From: a bacterium
GTDB taxonomy: Bacteria > Patescibacteriota > Minisyncoccia > UBA6257 > GWB1-50-10
DNA length: 26,422 nt
NCBI GenBank assembly: GCA_021791135.1
Contig: JAJYXD010000076.1
Span: 1-26,422, forward strand
Reading direction: 5' to 3'
A program made the translations under genes and the position numbers. This document shows positions 23,283 to 26,422 of this stretch, piece by piece. The number at the start of each line of letters is the position of its first letter. Positions within the stretch are counted from its first letter, which is position 1. Under the pieces are notes generated by a model. That model made no database searches. It had not been told where the DNA came from and worked only from the letters and a program-made list of their open reading frames with translations.

Positions 23283-24224
23283 TTAGTAGATGTATTGATC
23301 CACCAAGAGCCCTTCCTTATCGAAGAGCTGGATCTTGTCGTGGCTCGAATCGAAGAAAAGGGTACTTCCGAGCCATACCCTCCACTCATTGGAGAAGAAA
23401 TCCGCATTGGAAGAGAACTTCTGATAGCATCCCGTGTAATTGAAACGATTCAGAAACTCCCTGCATGCGGATTCGTATGAGATGCTGTTCAGTTGGGCGG
23501 TACTGGGGGCGCTGCATCCGCCAAGCGAAAAGATGATGTTCTGACAGTTGCCGGAGAATCCCGCAATCTCCGAACGATCGTACATATTGGGGCAGTACGA
23601 CGAGAGCGGCGGATTGAATTTATAGGTGGAGTTCAGATATCCTATGCACTTGTTCATCCTGAAGTTTTGGCCGAGCGGACTTGCCGAGCTGTAAAAGATC
23701 GCCTGCGCGCCCGGAGCAAGAACAATGTCGCCCGCGGAGGAAAGTCCGGAAGGGCCGTAATTCGAGATTGCCTGCGATATCAATACGTCACCGCGGTTCG
23801 ATCGCACTCTCCATCCCGTAATATCGATCCCCTTTTTTTGCGACCAGTCCGACTGAAGCGTAAATTGTCCCACCGAAGTCCAGCTCCACATCGGAGAGAC
23901 ACCGCTTATTCTTACGGATCGATAAAAAGAGGAAATCTGATCGATGGTAAACCCGGTGGGAGGAGTAATATTCGGACGTTGCGGTTCCTGGCTGGTGTTT
24001 TGATTCGATCCCTGATTGTTTTGTGCGTTATTTCCTAATCTGGTGTTACTCACGCCGTTCGATGTGGTGGGTGCTTGCCTGCCGTATCCCTGGGGAACTT
24101 CGTATTGAACCTTAAACAGAGATCCAACTTTGTTGTACTGGATTCCTCCTTTCAAATACGCGAATGCGTTATAGATCGCGATTATGATAATAACGAGTAC
24201 GATGATCCAAAAGACGTTCTTCAT
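23283..24224 (-). CDS. Membrane-anchored hypothetical protein, lamin-tail-domain-like
   Basis: N-terminal TM, Asn/Gln linker, IDITGWRV...IVLAPG...DKIQLFDKEGLLVDQY; Cys pairs. Confidence 0.7.
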   Translation of the reverse strand: MKNVFWIIVLVIIIIAIYNAFAYLKGGIQYNKVGSLFKVQYEVPQGYGRQAPTTSNGVSNTRLGNNAQNNQGSNQNTSQEPQRPNITPPTGFTIDQISSFYRSVRISGVSPMWSWTSVGQFTLQSDWSQKKGIDITGWRVRSNRGDVLISQAISNYGPSGLSSAGDIVLAPGAQAIFYSSASPLGQNFRMNKCIGYLNSTYKFNPPLSSYCPNMYDRSEIAGFSGNCQNIIFSLGGCSAPSTAQLNSISYESACREFLNRFNYTGCYQKFSSNADFFSNEWRVWLGSTLFFDSSHDKIQLFDKEGLLVDQYIY

Positions 24225-24229
24225 GGGGG

Positions 24230-26422
24230 TTAGAGCACGAAATTAACGAGACGGTCTTTTACATATACTACCTTTTTCGGCGTTTTTCCTCCAATTATTT
24301 TATTCACCGCCGGATGCTGAAGTGCGAGCGCGCGTGCTTTATCTTCGTTTATGCCGCGTTCCGCCTCCACGGTTGCCCGATGCTTTCCATTTACCTGCAC
24401 CACGAGTGAAAACGTCTCCGCGACGATGAGACGGGCATCATACCGCGGCCAAGGACTTCGATGTATTGATTTTTTCTCTCCCGTTTCCGCCCACAGTTCC
24501 TCGGAGAGATAGGGAGCGAAAGGAGCAATAAGACACAAAAACATTTTATACTGCTCTTTCGTAACGCTCTTTGCCCCCTCAAATTTATTGAAAAGAATCA
24601 TGAGCGCGCTGATCGCCGTATTGTAATGGAGTGACTCTATGTCCTCGGTCACTTTCTTTACGGTGTAGTGGAGGAGCTGCTCAATCGACGGGTCTTTTTT
24701 ATTCGCAAACTTTCCTTTTAATGCTTCCTTGAACTTCCATATTCGATCAAGAAAACGCGTGATTCCCAGGATTCCCTGATCCCTAAAGTCACCTCCCTGC
24801 TCAAAGGGCGCAAGAAACATAAGATAGGTGCGGAACGCATCGGCGCCGAATTTTTTGATGTACTCGTCGGGATTCACCACATTTCCTTTCGATTTGGACA
24901 TCTTCGCGCCGTCCTTGATAAGCAGTCCGTGTGCCCTGAAGAGCGGGAACGGCTCTCCGGTCTTTGAGGGGAGGTTTAAAAGTTTCATATCACGAAGGGC
25001 GAGCGCGACAAACCGAACATAAAGAAGATGGAGTACCGAGTGCTCCGCTCCGCCGATATACATATTGACCGGCAGCCAGCGTTTCGCTCTTGATGCGGCG
25101 AGCGGTTCCTTTTTGTTTTTCGGATCGATATAACGAAGGTAGTACCACGCGGAATCGAGAAACGTGTCGGAAACGTCGGTTTCGCGGCGGGCTTTTCCTT
25201 TGCACCCGGGGCACCGCACCTCATAAAACGACTTTGCGGAGGCGAGCGGCGACTCGTCTTTTCCCTTCGGTCTAAAGTCCTTCACGAAAGGAAGTTTTAC
25301 GGGAAGATCTTTCTCCGGAACGGCGTACCATCCGGGCATTCCTTTCTGTTCTCCTTTTCCTTCTGCGGCGCACGCATCGCAGTGAATCATCGGAATCGGC
25401 GGACCCCAGTATCTTTGGCGCGAAATGAGCCAGTCGCGGAGACGATATTGTGTCGTGCGAACTCCTCCGACAAGTTTTGTAATTTCCCATTTCGCTTTTT
25501 CGGAGTCCATTCCGTCGAACTCTCTCGAATTCATGAGCACTCCACTTCCTTCATATAATTCGTCTTTTTCGCCGCCGGAAATGACTGCGCGGATCGGCAT
25601 ATCAAATTTCTTCGCAAACTCAAAATCGCGCTCATCATGCGCCGGTACGGCCATGATCGCGCCTGTACCATACCCAGAGAGTACATAGTCCGCAACAAAT
25701 ACCGGAATCTCTTCGTTGTTTGCGGGGTTAATTACTTTTATCCCTTTGAGTTCAACGCCAGTTTTTTCTTTATTCTCTATTCTTTGCTCTTCGGTTTTCT
25801 TTTCAGCCTTGCGTACATATTGCTCAACTTCGTCGTAATTTGAAATTTGAAATTTGAAATTTGAAATTAGGTTATGCTCCGGCGCCAAGACCATGTAGGT
25901 AGCACCGAAAAGCGTGTCGGGTCTTGTGGTAAAAACCTTTATTTTGGGGACAATTACATCCAGGAGTTCGGGGAACTCCTCCGTCTTCATGTCCTTTAGG
26001 GTAAAGTGCCCATTGTTCTTCAGGTTTATTAATTTACCACCAAGCTTTGTATGTACTTCCTGCACACTCCGGATAATATTCTTATTATCATTATCCGAAT
26101 AAAATAGTACGACTTCATTGAAGTACTTCTTAAGCGACGCATCGAACACAAAATCCTTCAGACCGCTTAATCTCAGATACTTTTCCGACTTAATGATCGA
26201 CGGGGCAACCAGAATCAATTTGTTCACTTTTCTCTTGTTCTCTGCGAGCCACCTTAGCAAGAACGCGGTTCCCGCACTATGACCCACGAGGATGGAATCT
26301 TCGTTAATTTCGTTTTTTTCAAAAACCTTTTTCCATTTGCCGTAATCAGGGATCCAATCCTCGGGATACAAATCATTGGATACCTCAATGCCACTCTTCT
26401 CCAAGCTCGCTTTAAGCCACGG
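24230..26422 (-). CDS. leuS: Leucine--tRNA ligase (5'-partial) with a fused RBBP9/YdeN-type alpha/beta hydrolase domain
   Basis: VFTTRPDTLFG, GYGTGAIMAVPAHDERD, LRDWLISRQRYWG, KMSKSKGN, VVQVNGK; frame stays open past the window edge; upstream segment has PWLK, LVGHSAG, YSDND, GHF. Confidence 0.95.
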   Translation of the reverse strand, partial: PWLKASLEKSGIEVSNDLYPEDWIPDYGKWKKVFEKNEINEDSILVGHSAGTAFLLRWLAENKRKVNKLILVAPSIIKSEKYLRLSGLKDFVFDASLKKYFNEVVLFYSDNDNKNIIRSVQEVHTKLGGKLINLKNNGHFTLKDMKTEEFPELLDVIVPKIKVFTTRPDTLFGATYMVLAPEHNLISNFKFQISNYDEVEQYVRKAEKKTEEQRIENKEKTGVELKGIKVINPANNEEIPVFVADYVLSGYGTGAIMAVPAHDERDFEFAKKFDMPIRAVISGGEKDELYEGSGVLMNSREFDGMDSEKAKWEITKLVGGVRTTQYRLRDWLISRQRYWGPPIPMIHCDACAAEGKGEQKGMPGWYAVPEKDLPVKLPFVKDFRPKGKDESPLASAKSFYEVRCPGCKGKARRETDVSDTFLDSAWYYLRYIDPKNKKEPLAASRAKRWLPVNMYIGGAEHSVLHLLYVRFVALALRDMKLLNLPSKTGEPFPLFRAHGLLIKDGAKMSKSKGNVVNPDEYIKKFGADAFRTYLMFLAPFEQGGDFRDQGILGITRFLDRIWKFKEALKGKFANKKDPSIEQLLHYTVKKVTEDIESLHYNTAISALMILFNKFEGAKSVTKEQYKMFLCLIAPFAPYLSEELWAETGEKKSIHRSPWPRYDARLIVAETFSLVVQVNGKHRATVEAERGINEDKARALALQHPAVNKIIGGKTPKKVVYVKDRLVNFVL
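25837..25868. repeat. Heptamer tandem repeat (AATTTGA)x4.5 inside leuS
   Basis: Encodes ISNFKFQISN in frame. Confidence 0.9.

Noticed and set aside
1-26422. CRISPR array, rRNA, tmRNA, RNase P RNA, SRP RNA
   Set aside because: No regularly spaced direct repeats or diagnostic conserved motifs seen.

Overview
A 26.4-kb window that looks like Patescibacteria (CPR, Parcubacteria-like). This is inferred from the short archaeal-type UMP kinase, the tandem Cys-rich hypothetical family, LAGLIDADG genes sitting in tRNA spacers, a tRNA-Arg(GCG), and promoters placed right against start codons. It carries housekeeping genes (radC, yhhQ, cofE-like, MFS, pyrH, def, ABC exporter, htrA, partial leuS) and ten tRNA genes. 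The best observation is at 18803-19061 (- strand): a tRNA-Ser gene is split at its anticodon loop by a 167-nt insertion that contains a second, complete tRNA-Ser(TGA). The inner tRNA's acceptor stem is extended by flanking complementarity almost back to the outer anticodon stem, and the insert has no group I, group II or bulge-helix-bulge signature that I can see. Other notable structures: a 1.6-kb low-GC island bounded by perfect 124-bp inverted repeats beside tRNA-Ser(CGA); two LAGLIDADG-type ORFs whose stop codons lie inside the downstream tRNA; a candidate invertible promoter before three tandem Cys-rich paralogs; a terminator/antiterminator leader ahead of yhhQ; an unannotated 21-28 aa Lys-rich ORF; and an alpha/beta-hydrolase fused into LeuRS. 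All calls were made by eye from motifs and base pairing; no database search was run.
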